In this document: positions 51,131 to 62,921 of the stretch, piece by piece | Layout: each line of letters begins with the position of its first letter | Position numbering within the stretch: the first letter of the stretch is position 1 | Source of the DNA: Octopus vulgaris | Taxonomy: Eukaryota | Assembly (NCBI GenBank): GCA_951406725.2 | Contig: OX597832.1 | Span: 186,001-250,000, forward strand | Direction: 5' to 3' | Length of the DNA: 64,000 nucleotides | Made by a program: the position numbers and the translations under genes | Notes under the pieces: generated by a model | Database searches by the model: none | What the model saw: only the letters and a program-made list of their open reading frames with translations | Told to the model about the DNA's origin: nothing

Positions 51131-51695
51131 ATATTTGCCAGAGGAGATCAAAACAAATAAAGCTCACTACTACAAACCAATAGCTCACTATTTTTTAGGT
51201 AACATCAAAAATTACTTTAGGAAAATAACCCTATCAACAGGTGTGTCCACTTCAGCTGTATAATGTTTTTTTCCATAGCTGTTACATAATTATCATTGGC
51301 TCATAAAGGATACCATGGTCATTATTTGGATCAGTGTCAAAAAAAAAAGTTTCCATTATTGTATGTTTATATCAATTATTAAATATATGATAAATAAGAA
51401 TGCTTCCACAGGATGTTTTTCTCATTTGTGACTGCTACTCCTTCTCACCACCACCACCACCTTTTCCAACTTTGCAACCTTCTCTGTATTGTTGACTCAC
51501 TTATCTTTTCCAAAATACATAGTTCTGGAGACATGTTGCTATATACAGTATATTCTCTTCAGCTCCAAGTGGAACATGAGTCATAAGATTTTTAAGTACT
51601 TTAGCTACTAACTCTTCCAGATTTATCAACTATTTTTATTGTTCTTATAATTTAGTTATTTGACATTTTCTTAGTCTGCTTTTCTTCTCTTTACA

Positions 51696-51699
<4 letters not shown>

Positions 51700-51764
<65 letters not shown>
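51700..51764. repeat. (CT)n microsatellite
   Basis: Uninterrupted ctctct run. Confidence 0.95.
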
Positions 51765-51767
<3 letters not shown>

Positions 51768-52429
51768 TTTTTGTTTGTCTGTCTGATTACCCCACCACCA
51801 CCACCACAAATCCAGTTTCATTTTTATTCAACATAAAATGGTGATGGTGCCAATGGTGGCTTCATACACAAAGTTTGGAGTCCTAACACTGATCAACAAT
51901 ATTCGGCTGAAGACATCAACATTCTTCCGTATTTCTTCCTCCCCTCACTATTTGCTCATGTTTTATATGTAATTTATACTCAACATCAGCCTTACCTTCT
52001 TACCCTGATGACCTATAGAAGTTATAAACATCACTGTCTCCATTGTTTAACATACCCAAGGAACACAGTTTAACATTGTTTAACATGACAGTGTCTTTGA
52101 TTTTAAATTACCCCTATTTCTGTTGGCCTTCCTACACAATTTAATATTTCAACCTTTAATCTGCTAATCTGCGTAGACAACTAAACCTATTAATCAAAAC
52201 TACATTTTTCACTTATTTAGTTTATATTTTGCTTCAAGAATTTATACATTTTATCTCCTTTGCTTCTTTAGGATTCATTAAACACTTGTGAAAATAAATA
52301 TTTCCTATGAGGTTGGTAAAATAAGTACCAGTTGAGTGCTTGGGTTGATGTAATCAACTTATCCCCTCCCACGAAATTGCTGACATGCCAAAATTTGAAA
52401 ACTATTATTATTATCATTATCATTATTAT

Positions 52430-53935
52430 TCAGGCATCTTATTTTTATCACATGCTTTCACTGCACTACTGAGTACAGCTGTGTTCCTTGGGTATGTGCT
52501 GTGGTGCTCTTATTTTCATTGTATTGAGAGTGCTTTATGTAGGATGTGTGTGTTCCCATAGTGCTATTTTCTCTATGTTATATATATTCATAAGTCCTGG
52601 TGCTTTGCTTATATATTTGTATGTTTTTTAATTATACCTAATGCACCAATATAATAGGGATTGTTTCTGTTTTTAGGTTCCACTTTCAGGTTATCTCTAT
52701 TTCCAAATCTTTGTATTTTGAGAGTTTCTCCATTTCTATTATGCTGTCATCTGTTGTGATTGATATATCGATTAGAAGGCATTTTTTTCTTGATCTCTGA
52801 TGACTATATCTGGTATATTAGCCTTGATCTCTCTATCTGTGTGTATTAGCATATCCCAAAGTATGATTGCTTTGTCATTTTCTGAGACCTTTTCTAATAT
52901 ATGCCTATACCATCTTTTTTCTGTTGTCATTCCATAGTGTTGGCATAGCTTCCAGTGTATATAGGTCCTGACTCTGTCATGTCTGTGGATATATTCCTTC
53001 GTAGCCTGGACTGAGCAGCCAGAGACAATATGATTTATTTCTTCCTCATCACCACATATATTTTGCAGTTACTTATTGTATTTTTCTTCATTATGTATTT
53101 CTGGTGGTTTCGAGTCCTGAACTTCTCAACCATTGTTGGGATTTTACTTTGTCTATTTCTTTTCTGTTTAGCTTATCCCAGTATTTGCCATGTAAGGGCT
53201 TTTCTTGCCATTGTTTTATCATGATATTTTGTTGTTCCAGTTTTAGTTTAGATTTCAGTTGCTTTACAGTTTTTGTTATTTGCTCTTTTTCTTCTTAGCT
53301 GTCAGGTACTATGACTTCTTTCTTTTATTTTATGGCTTCTTTAAAGACAGAAAACAGTATTTTGTTTTACTAATGTTTTGTGGCTATTTGTAACTGTTTT
53401 CCTTGGTTTTAAGTTAGATATTTGCATAATCCTATGGTGGTTATTTTATAGTAGTTTTCTAGTTGTATATCCTCTACCACCTTCAATTCATTGTATATAT
53501 AGCATTTCTATGTCAGATTTTGGGTGGTGTATTCTAAATTCCATCATTATTTTTCTTGTTTCCTTGCTAGTTTGTTTAATTTATTTAATGTCCAATCAAT
53601 TATAACTGAGACAGCTAGAGTAGTGATAGCTCTTGTTGCATTGAGCTCTGTTTTAAGTAGTAATCTAATTCTTCTATAGTATTCCTTTCTTATTTTCTTT
53701 CATTTGTGTGTGTTGCGTTATGTCTAGCTCATTGATTTCTAAGTAGTTGTATATCTGGATTTGGTCTAATTCTCTTATTTCATTTTCTTGTTCTGTTTTA
53801 CTAGTTTTCCTCTTTTCAAGGTTGCTTTGGCACATTTTTCTTTGCCAAATTTCACGTTTATTGCTTTGGTAAATCCATGCGCTCTCTGTAATATTTCCAG
53901 TTGTTTATCATTTGCAGTATACAGTTGATTGTTTT
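52430..53935 (-). mobile_element. R4/Dong-like LINE 3' part, decayed
   Basis: Minus strand HIVSGC..EYIHRHDRV..IHWKLC, PDIVIRD..KCLLIDISI..KLSKYKDLEIEI (RLE domain). The 3' end abuts (ATT)n. Confidence 0.85.
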
Positions 53936-53949
53936 ACCGTAAAGGTTTC

Positions 53950-54183
53950 TGAGCTGGCAGAATTGCTAGCACGCTGGATGAAATGCTTAGCAGTTTTTCA
54001 CCTGTCACTATATTCTGAGTTCAAATTCCACCAAGGTCAACTTTGCCTTTCATCCTTTCAGGGTTGACAAATTAATTACCAGCTGCATACTGGGGCCGAT
54101 CTAATTGACTGGCCCCTTCCCCCAAAATTTCAGATCCTGTGCCTTTAGTAGAAAGGATTATTATTATTATTATTATTATTATT
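53950..54183 (+). mobile_element. tRNA-derived SINE with (ATT)n tail
   Basis: gagctggcagaattgctagc..gagttcaaattcc..gtagaaaggattattatt. Confidence 0.8.
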
Positions 54184-54600
54184 CAGAAGTTTTATTACAT
54201 GACCAAGCGTAGCTCTGTGTGCTTTGGGTATGTGTTGTGGTTTGTTTTAGTGTTATTTTTATTTTATTTAAAGTGTTTTACATAAAATGTGTGCAGTGCT
54301 GTTTTGTGTATGTTATGTACATTTGTAAGTCCTGGTGTTTTGCTTATATATTTGTCTGTATGTTTTTTAACCATGCCTTATGTATTGATTATTATAGGGA
54401 TTATCTACGTCTTCACGTCCTACAATCAGGTTATATATATTTCCAGATCTTTGTATTTTGAGAGTTTCTCTGTTTTGTTTAGAGACATTAGAGACATATT
54501 GTCATCAGTTGCAGTTGATATGTCGATTAGAAGGCAAGATTTTTCTTGGTGGTCACCATCAACAATATTTGGGCTATCATCATCATCATCACTTTCTCTT
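54184..54600 (-). mobile_element. Second R4/Dong-like 3' fragment
   Basis: PNIVDGDHQEKSCLLIDISTATDDN..EKLSKYKDLEI; starts at an (ATT)n tail. Confidence 0.8.
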
Positions 54601-54779
54601 AATATTGTTTCATTTAACAATCCCCGATGAGTGTCAACCAGATATCTAGGAAAAGTAGTATCATGTAATAGTGGCATTTCACAGCACACTGTAGCCATAA
54701 AAGGATATAAAAGAAAGGAAACTCAGTATTTCAAAGATAAAAATGTGAACTGTGCTTTTGAGGATGATTGTTTTGAATT

Positions 54780-57155
54780 TCATAAATGTTAGGTTTACCA
54801 GTCTGTTTTCAAGAAACTAATTTTCACCTTTGTTTATAACACTAAGTGTACCAATTACAATTGTTTGTGTCTTCAATTACCATATTCAGCTAATCTCGAT
54901 TTTTAGGTTTTTGTTCGCTTCACAAGTTTAGATGATTCATTTTTGTCAGGTGGTATAATCATGTCAATGAAGAGGCATGTTTTATTTTTCATATCTTTAA
55001 CAATAAAATTAGGCTGATTGGCATTTATTGTGTGGTCTGTATAGACTGTAAAATCCCATAAAATTGTTGCATCTCTTACTTCAGTTACTGATGGGAGAGG
55101 GTGTTCATACCAGTTTTTAACATATCCCCCACCAACATTTACCAGGAGCTAAGGTGGAGCATCCTGAAACTAAATGTCTATTGTCTAGAATTGTTTGTCA
55201 CAATTTCTACATTTTGAGTCTGTTCCATTTTGGGGGATGTTTTTTGGAAGTTAACTTGTAAATGAGCTCTGTTCTTGAGCAGCTTGGATGAACCTCTCTA
55301 TTTTGGCTTTGCACCTTGAGCTTTGCAGCTACTGGATGGGTTTGTGGTTAGTCAACATGAACATCCTGGGTGTAAAATGTATGTGGTCAAGCAGAGGTTT
55401 TTGTTGCTATCTATTTTTCAGTTGTAATGCCTTCAGACTTTACTTTAATTCTGTGTATATATAATTCTGAATATTGCATATTTATACTATATACTTAGCA
55501 TCTAGTCATCCATAAAGAATAAGGGATTGATTCTTCTGTTGTTGTTTGTATCAGTACCCTGTGTTATTGAGTTCATTAGAAAGTGTGCTATACAAAAAGA
55601 GAAGCAAAAGAGAGTCAGTTTGAAAAATTTTGACTTTGTTTGATTGCATGATTCCATTACTATTGGTTAAAAAAAAAGATGTTTTCGATTTTGTTGTACC
55701 ATGTAGAAGAAAGTTAAAGATTACTGGAGAAATCTTGCATATTTCAAAGGCTTTAAATAGTGAGCATTGTCAAAAAAGTCATGGTAAGGCATGTTATAGG
55801 TCAAGAGTTTTTTTTCAGATGTTTTGGTTTCTGATGTTTATGGCAAGAGGTGCATTGTGCCTTTTATCAACCAGATAGGAACTTTCTCAGGATTTTGTAT
55901 CAGTGCACTCATTTCCTTGGCTGGTGCCTTGTGTGCATTCCTGTAAATGTATTTGACCAATACTTTGAGGTTTGGTCTATTCCAGGCTACTACTTCCATT
56001 TGTGTATTTTACTAAGGGCCTACTTAGTAAAGGTCTTGCTAGTGCAATTTCTACCCATTGTTATTGCTCCACATCCTTTCATTTTCCTTGTTGATCCAAC
56101 TAGCTTCCTCATCATATTCTTTTGAGTTACTCTAGATGTTCTTCCAAAATTCCTTAACTTTATTTATTTCTCTTAGTTGTTTCCCTATTTCTGTATAAAA
56201 CTTCTGTGTGCTGATTCAGAAAATTTTGTTCTGTCAATAAAAGTTACTTGTTGCACTTTGATTACTTCAAAGTATCTTTAATAGTAGGGAGACTTTATTT
56301 ATCTGTTATTTTGTATTTTCTTTTAAGTTTTATAGCATCAACAATTCTCTGCTCAGATATTTACTTTCTTTTTGTCTTTTGATTTTTCTATTTTAGTTAT
56401 TTGTTAACATGTTTATTCTTTTTCTTTAAGTCCACTTTGGTTGCTCAAAGCCTTTGCCAGAGAATATACCAGTGGGTTATTTATGATTCTTAAATCAGTT
56501 TCGCCTTCTTTTAGTATTTCTTTCATCACAGCATCATACATTTTAATCTCATATACATTTTCTTTTTTTTCTTCTTCTTCTTTGTAAAAGTAGGTGTGCT
56601 TTCATCTATTGTTTTCTTCCATTTAGCATATGTATATTTAGTGAAATTATGTTATGGTTTATTCAGTGTTTTGTAAAAGGCTTTCATTATTTCCTTATAT
56701 TCCTGTCTTACTCATTTCTGCTTTATATTATAATTTCTGGTGTTATTTTGTAGTGGTTATTTCAACAGTTCCTAGTTGTAGGCCTGGGGAGGGGGAATGT
56801 TTCTGATTACGATTTAGACTATTATTTTAGAATTTTTCTCCAGAAGCCCATTTTACGATCCCGTCCAGGTGCACCCCTAGGGGACATGTCCCTGAATAGC
56901 CCACAAAATAGACTAAAGTGGTATGGTCTGTGTCATTTAGACATTTACCTGATATTTGGGGTTCTACTTTATCCTTACTGGAAAAGACAGTTCGTGCTAC
57001 CACACTTGACAGACTTACTTAAAGAAGCTCAGAGGGGTCTGTCTTCCCTGGGTTCAACACTAATTTCATACCTCACAGCTATAATAGAAAAGAAAGACAG
57101 ACTGTCTAGTACAAGTTTACCTGATGAGGCTCAGAAAGGCTTCGCCACCATTGTC
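54780..57155 (-). mobile_element. Third, longer R4/Dong-like remnant
   Basis: ILWDFTVYTDH..NQPNFIVKD..CLFIDMIIPPD and FIQAAQEQ..SKCRNC, with heavily decayed upstream ORF sequence. Confidence 0.7.
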
Positions 57156-57204
57156 TATGTATGTTATTTTGGAATTGCTGGCCTTGTGCCGGAATTTGAA
57201 ATCA

Positions 57205-57420
57205 TTATTATTAGAATCATTAGTATGCTGAACGAAATGCTTAGCAATATTTTGTTCATCACTACATTCTGAGTTCAAATTCCGCCACGGTTGTCTTTGC
57301 CTTTCATTCTTTCAGGATTGATAAATTAAGTACCAGTGAAACACTGGAGTCGATGTGATCAGCTAGTCCCACCCCCTTCACACCAAATTTCAGGCCTTGT
57401 GCCTTTAGTAGAAAGGATTA

Positions 57421-57455
<35 letters not shown>

Positions 57456-57920
57456 GAGGGATAGAGCAGTGTATGCCATCAAAGTGACACTAGGTAAAAT
57501 ATATGAAGCCCAGTATACCCATCATGACTACCCATCTGATAAGGGTACACCAGGCACATGCATCACAACCATATGTGCACAACATGGTGATCTCATATCA
57601 AGATAAACAGTGCATGACCTTGCAGTTAGAATTTTCTTCAGGTCGAGTAACCCAGCCCGCTCAAAAGGTCTATATCATTATTATTATCATTGAAGGTGAT
57701 GAGCTGGCAGAATTGTTAGCGCACTGGATGAAATGCTTAGTGGTATTTCACCCATTGCTTCATTCTGGGTTCAAATTCTCTGAAGGTTGACTTTGCCTTT
57801 CATCCTTTCAGGGTTGATGATATAAGTACCAGTTGAGCACTTGGGTCAATGTAATTGACTAGTCCCTTCCTTCAAAGTTTCAGACCTTGTGCCTATAGTA
57901 GAAAGGATTATTATTATTAA
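57205..57920. mobile_element. Cluster of three (ATT)n-tailed SINEs
   Basis: Plus copies at ~57205-57455 and ~57695-57920; a minus copy at 57460-57670 matches 38410-38760. Confidence 0.75.
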
Positions 57921-58467
57921 CCCTGCTACTACCATTATGAATTCTTCAAGATGTACTCTGTGGTTTCATATCTTGATAGTTTCCTCTATTTTCTCAATTA
58001 TAATGCAAGGGGAATAATACTGTCTCTTTTGGTAACCCACCCTTACACCATTTGATGCAGCTGCATTTGACTAATGTATTAATAATTGTTATATGTATGT
58101 GTGCTTGTACATTTAGTGTTATACAAGTGTTTTATTAGTATCAAACCAGTCCTTTGCCATTCTAATATCAATAAGTAGCTGCAACTATATGTAGATGATG
58201 ATGTTGAAATGCATTGTTGTGTATGAGTATTTTAACACTAGACTCATTTATTAGTTTCAGCCACCAGGAATGTAGCCATGCTGGGGCAACACCAACATTG
58301 TAAAGTACTGTTCCTAACAACTTATTCCAGTACATATTTGTATAGTTTCTACTTTTTTCTAAACCATTCACAAACATCCTTACTGAAAATAGTTTTAATT
58401 CTTTCTTGAAATTCATCCTAAACATCTAGTTTGACAAAAGATCAGTTTAGCTTATATTTATACATTA

Positions 58468-58949
58468 GAAGTATTGCATTTCTAAATCTCTCAGAGAGAG
58501 TTATGCAGTAGCATCATGGTAAAGTGATGGTTTGTTGCCAACTTAATATGTCAATCCCAGGAAAGAGAAGAATGCTACTGCTATTTAGCCCCAAGAAACA
58601 CTGCTACTCCAGACTGATGCAGAGCAACTACCCTGAAACTAGTCTCTGGTTGCTGGTTTTGTTGGGTGGAGGTGCTTATCTCCCCTGTTTGAAAACTTAA
58701 GGACACAGAACGCTTGTGTCACATAGCCAACTAGAAATGGTGTTTCTTGGGGCTAAATAGCAGTAGCATTCTTCCCTTTCCTGAAACTGCCACAATTAGG
58801 TTGGCAACAAACCATCATTTTATTGTGCTGCTACTGCATAACTCTCTTAGAGATTTAGAAATTCAATATTTCTAATTTTGTAGATCAGTGAATTTATTTC
58901 ACTTGAAATTTCATAAGTTTTCAACAGTGATCTAGCACCAACAGCTAGC
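58468..58949 (+). mobile_element. Retrozyme-like unit 1 with inverted 5' tail; hammerhead at 58609-58649
   Basis: 58468-58601 is the reverse complement of ~58739-58875. Motif ccaga-CTGATGC-agag caacta ccct-GAA-ACTAGT-C-tctgg. Confidence 0.8.
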
Positions 58950-60817
58950 GAGGCTATGCCTTTTTTGTCTGCGACATGTTGTTGGCCTCAGTTTGTTACC
59001 TGCGGTATATGAGTTCATTTCCTGTTCTGTTTATTGTAAATTTATATTATTTTGAAGTGAAATATTTTAATTGAAATTGAACTGTTGTCCTTTGAAAAAC
59101 AGTATTTTTTGCCCTGCGGGGTAAAAATATTTTCGTTTATTTTTATTGTGAACTGTGATTTTTGTGAATATATTTTCTGGAAATATTCTTGTCATTTCTG
59201 ACAAGTGTAAAGCAACAAAGTTATGGAGACCCAACCAGCCATCAGCTATGCTGCAGCAACAGGAAGGAGTTGGGATAATGATGTTTTGCAAGTTAAAGAA
59301 GTGAAGTTCAATGAGAGGAGATTGAAAAAGGTGAATGAACTTATAATTAAGGAAGGAAGTAGCCTGAGGCTGACCCTGCCAAAAGAGGTAACAGAGGAAA
59401 CAGCAAAAAAAAAAAAAAAACTGTTGTGTATAGAATATTCTCAAACTCAAGCAAGAGGGTGGAAATAGCAACCATTGAAGCAATGGAGGAGTGTCTTAAG
59501 GGTATTAAGCACTTTATGACATACTACACCAGAGGCAAGAAGTACGGCACAGTGGAGATACAGTTTGCAACCAAACAAGACACAATAAAGTGCTCCACTG
59601 TGCCATTGAGGTTGGAAGAGTGGGCACTGCTGCCAACCTACTGTGGCAAATGTGCAGCCAGAATTAAGATTGGCAGAGTGCCCCCAGAAATTGATGAAAC
59701 ATGACTGTGGCAGCCATCCTCTACAACACAGAGGAGGAGACCAATGTGCTGAAGGTAACGAGGACAACAGAGGTAAAGTGGTTTGGATACAGCTTTGAGG
59801 TGACAGTCCAAATCAGTTTGCTGGACCTGCATAAAATTGTAGATGAAATTATGTTGCCAAAGGATGTTAAATTAAAAGTAATAGTGGAGGGTAGATCTCC
59901 TATCTGCTACCACTGTGAAGTACAGGGACACATGCAAGCAAGGTGTCTCCAGAAACAAGAAGTAGAACAGGAGGAGGAGGTGGAACAAGGAGTGGTAGCA
60001 CGAAGCCAAGTAAGTGAAGAGATGGAAAATACTCAGTTGGTAAAAGAAAGAAGAAAAGAGATGAAAATGTATATTCACCACCAAAAAGCCCGCAAAAAAA
60101 GAGAAAAGCAACATAGAAGAAATACAAATTGAAAGAATAGAAATAACAAAAAAGAAAATTACAGAAGAAAAAACAATTATGCAGAAAGGAAAGGAAGCAA
60201 CAATAAAGAGTAAAAGTGGGATAGAGATGGTTGAGACACAAAAACCAGGAACATCAGGAGAGATTAGATATGGAAAACGGGAAGGAGTACCAAAAGGAAA
60301 AAAAAACGTGTGGATGATGATAGAATATAAAAAGAACATAGAAATAGAGAAATGGATCACTAAAATGAAAAATGTAATCAGAGTGAAATTGTCGGGGATG
60401 GAGCATACTGAAGATGACAGGGCAGTTTTGCTAGAGAGAGAGAAAATAGAAAGATTAAAAGAATTCTTTGGTGAACAAATTGTATTATCAGAGTTGTGGG
60501 TTCGATGCAACAAACTACCACCAGTGGTGTCATTTGAAGACATAGTGGAGTACTTAGTCAATTGAAAGTAAGTGGAATTTGTAAAATTAAAATAATGTTT
60601 TAAAAAACAAAGAACAATGAACTGTTCATGAATATGTGTTGCATAAACAGTTAAATGACAGTAGCTGCGTGTGGGGCGCAGGTAAGACATTTCAATTTTC
60701 ATTATATCATTATATTCATTCGATTTATGTTTTATGTACCCCACTGTACTGTGTTGTCTGTCTTTGTCCCTTCTTTGTAAGGGCCAATGTGCTCATAATA
60801 AAGAATAAAGCTAGCAA
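58950..60817 (+). mobile_element. ORF1-only (HAL1-like) Tx1/L1-derived element
   Basis: Frameshifted ORF1 at 59223-60565: ISYAAAT start, LKVIVEGRSPICYHCEVQGHMQARC knuckle, homologous to the ORF1 at 33546-33917. No APE or RT follows; it ends taataaagaataaa. Confidence 0.75.
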
Positions 60818-60856
60818 AGACTGATGAAGAGCAACTACCCTGAAACTAGTCTCTGG
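60818..60856 (+). ncRNA. Minimal type I hammerhead with canonical core
   Basis: aga-CTGATGA-agag caacta ccct-GAA-ACTAGT-C-tct. Palindromic stem III and GUC triplet. Confidence 0.75.
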
Positions 60857-61026
60857 TTACTGGTTTTGTTGGGTGGAGGTGCTTATCTCCTCTGTTTGAA
60901 AACTTAAGTACACAGCACTTGTGTCACATAGCCAACTAGAAACGGTGTTACTTGGGGCTAAATAGCAGTAGCATTCTTCCCTTTCCTGGGATTGCCAAAT
61001 TAAGTTGGCAACAAACATCACTTTAT
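60818..61026 (+). repeat. Retrozyme-like unit 2 (direct repeat of 58611-58822)
   Basis: Colinear ~205-bp match read directly. Confidence 0.9.
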
Positions 61027-61691
61027 ATATTTAGATGTTTTATAATTTTTTAAAATATATATATATATATGTGTGTGTTAGCATATGCACACACACACAC
61101 ACACATGTATATATACCCAGAGGAGGTAAGGTTTTATCAGACCAGAGATATGGCCTGAAAATAGGGTCAGTCGCCTTTGATGGGTCTTGACACACTTTCT
61201 GTCAAACAAATTTCATTCTCAAGGTTTTGGTCAACCCACTAGAAGACACTAAAACTAGGTGCTTCATAGTAGGATCAAACCTGAGACTGTATAGTTTGAA
61301 AGTGAACATCTTTTCCACACAGTCATGCCTACACCTATTCAGTTCCAGGCAACTCTGAAGAATATGTCTGAATTTTTACAGGATGAGTAATTATTCTTAT
61401 TATATACAGATATGTTTGGACTAGTGTCCTTGGTTGTTATAGTTGCAACATCTCAACAGTTGTACCTCCTTTCTTTAGTTACTTGTCATATTCAATTATA
61501 TTGATCCTGGAATTTCATACCAAACCCATTATTCAATCTTATAAGGTAGATTGATTTATTCTTTTATCTGTATCAGGAGTATTCTCCTATTAGTTATTCT
61601 CTTACTTGTGATGTTCTCTCCACTTGAATCCTGAGTATAGATTAACTGACCTACAACTTGAACTTGCACCAATCAGCTAAGCCAACAAACC

Positions 61692-61741
61692 TATTTGTAA
61701 GAGCTAATGTGCTCATAATAAAGAATAAAGCTAGCAAAGAC
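61692..61741 (+). mobile_element. Short 3' end of the HAL1-like element
   Basis: tttgtaagagctaatgtgctcataataaagaataaagctagcaaagac matches 60774-60821. Confidence 0.8.
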
Positions 61742-62921
61742 TTGCACCAACTTTTATTCACTATGCTATTGCTTTGTTCAAGTAGAATGAGCAAACCTCT
61801 TCAGAGGTGAGATAATAACTAATAGGAAAATATCCCTGATATGGACAATATATTAACTCCAAAGAAGGATGAACTGCGTCATAGAGGACAGAATATGAAT
61901 TAATTCTTTATAGTGAAGGCTGTTGAACAAGTTATTTGGCTGCTGGGCTCACAATATGGTAATGCATTTGATTGCTGGACTGGGCTGTGCATTGTGTCCT
62001 TGTATTTATCTTGCTCCTGTTCACTCAACTGAAAATTAGTTCCATCATCAACAGCTGGGAATTACTCTTGCAATGAAATAACGTTCCATCCTGGAGGAAT
62101 TTGCAAAGATAATAACCAACTAACATCTTGTTTCTACTATCAAAAAGCTGTTATGATAGTTTGCATCACCCATGGTCTTGAATGACTCACACATGTGCAC
62201 ACACACACAAGAATATTTACATGTCTGTAGCAAATGTTTTGGATTTAGAGCAATTCTAAAGATGTATACTTATATACAATTGGTTCACTGGTATGCTATG
62301 TAATTAGTATCATTGACTTATGATTTAATATAAATGTAACCTGATGATTTAGAAATAACCCGAGAGAGCACATAGTGTTTTGATTGTATAGAGGATTGGT
62401 GAAGTGTGGAACCTAGTTGAAATGTTCTCTGTAGGAACTGTAGTTCAGAAATATTCTGATATACTATCGATTAATTTGATTATAATTAGATTTGAACATA
62501 AAATTATTCTGGTGCTATCATTGACCTAACTGAAGAAATTTTTAATTTGGAATGCTCACACGAGTTAGATAGATCTTGTCCAGTACAATCTCATCATTTG
62601 TTGTGATCTTTTGTCATCTGTTTTAACCAGCCTCTTGTGTGTCTTCAGTGGTCTTCCTCTCTTACAGGTTCCTTTTACATGAAGTTTCTTTATTGAACTG
62701 TCATTGTCAATACACATCACATATCTATATCTAAACTGTAACCTCTCTCTCTCTTTTGTACACTGCAGCTGACACCTCTTATATCCAGTTCTTTTCTCAG
62801 TTTGTCAATATTTCAATGTTCATACACACTAACATAACACTTCCAGTGGAGTGTGCTTGTTTCATTTCTCCCCAACTAAGCATGTCTTCCTTATTCACTT
62901 CTCCATACAACATGCATCATA

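Noticed and set aside
57121-57146. ctgatgaggctcagaaaggcttc as a hammerhead
   Set aside because: Stem II and stem I cannot both form; more likely part of the R4-like 5' region on the other strand.
59872-60744. 290-aa minus-strand ORF
   Set aside because: Antisense shadow of the purine-rich ORF1; F/S/I/L-rich with no motif.
58611-61026. LTR retrotransposon (direct repeats around a gag-like ORF)
   Set aside because: The repeats lack TG..CA, PBS and PPT, occur independently at 44138-44719, and the ORF matches LINE ORF1.
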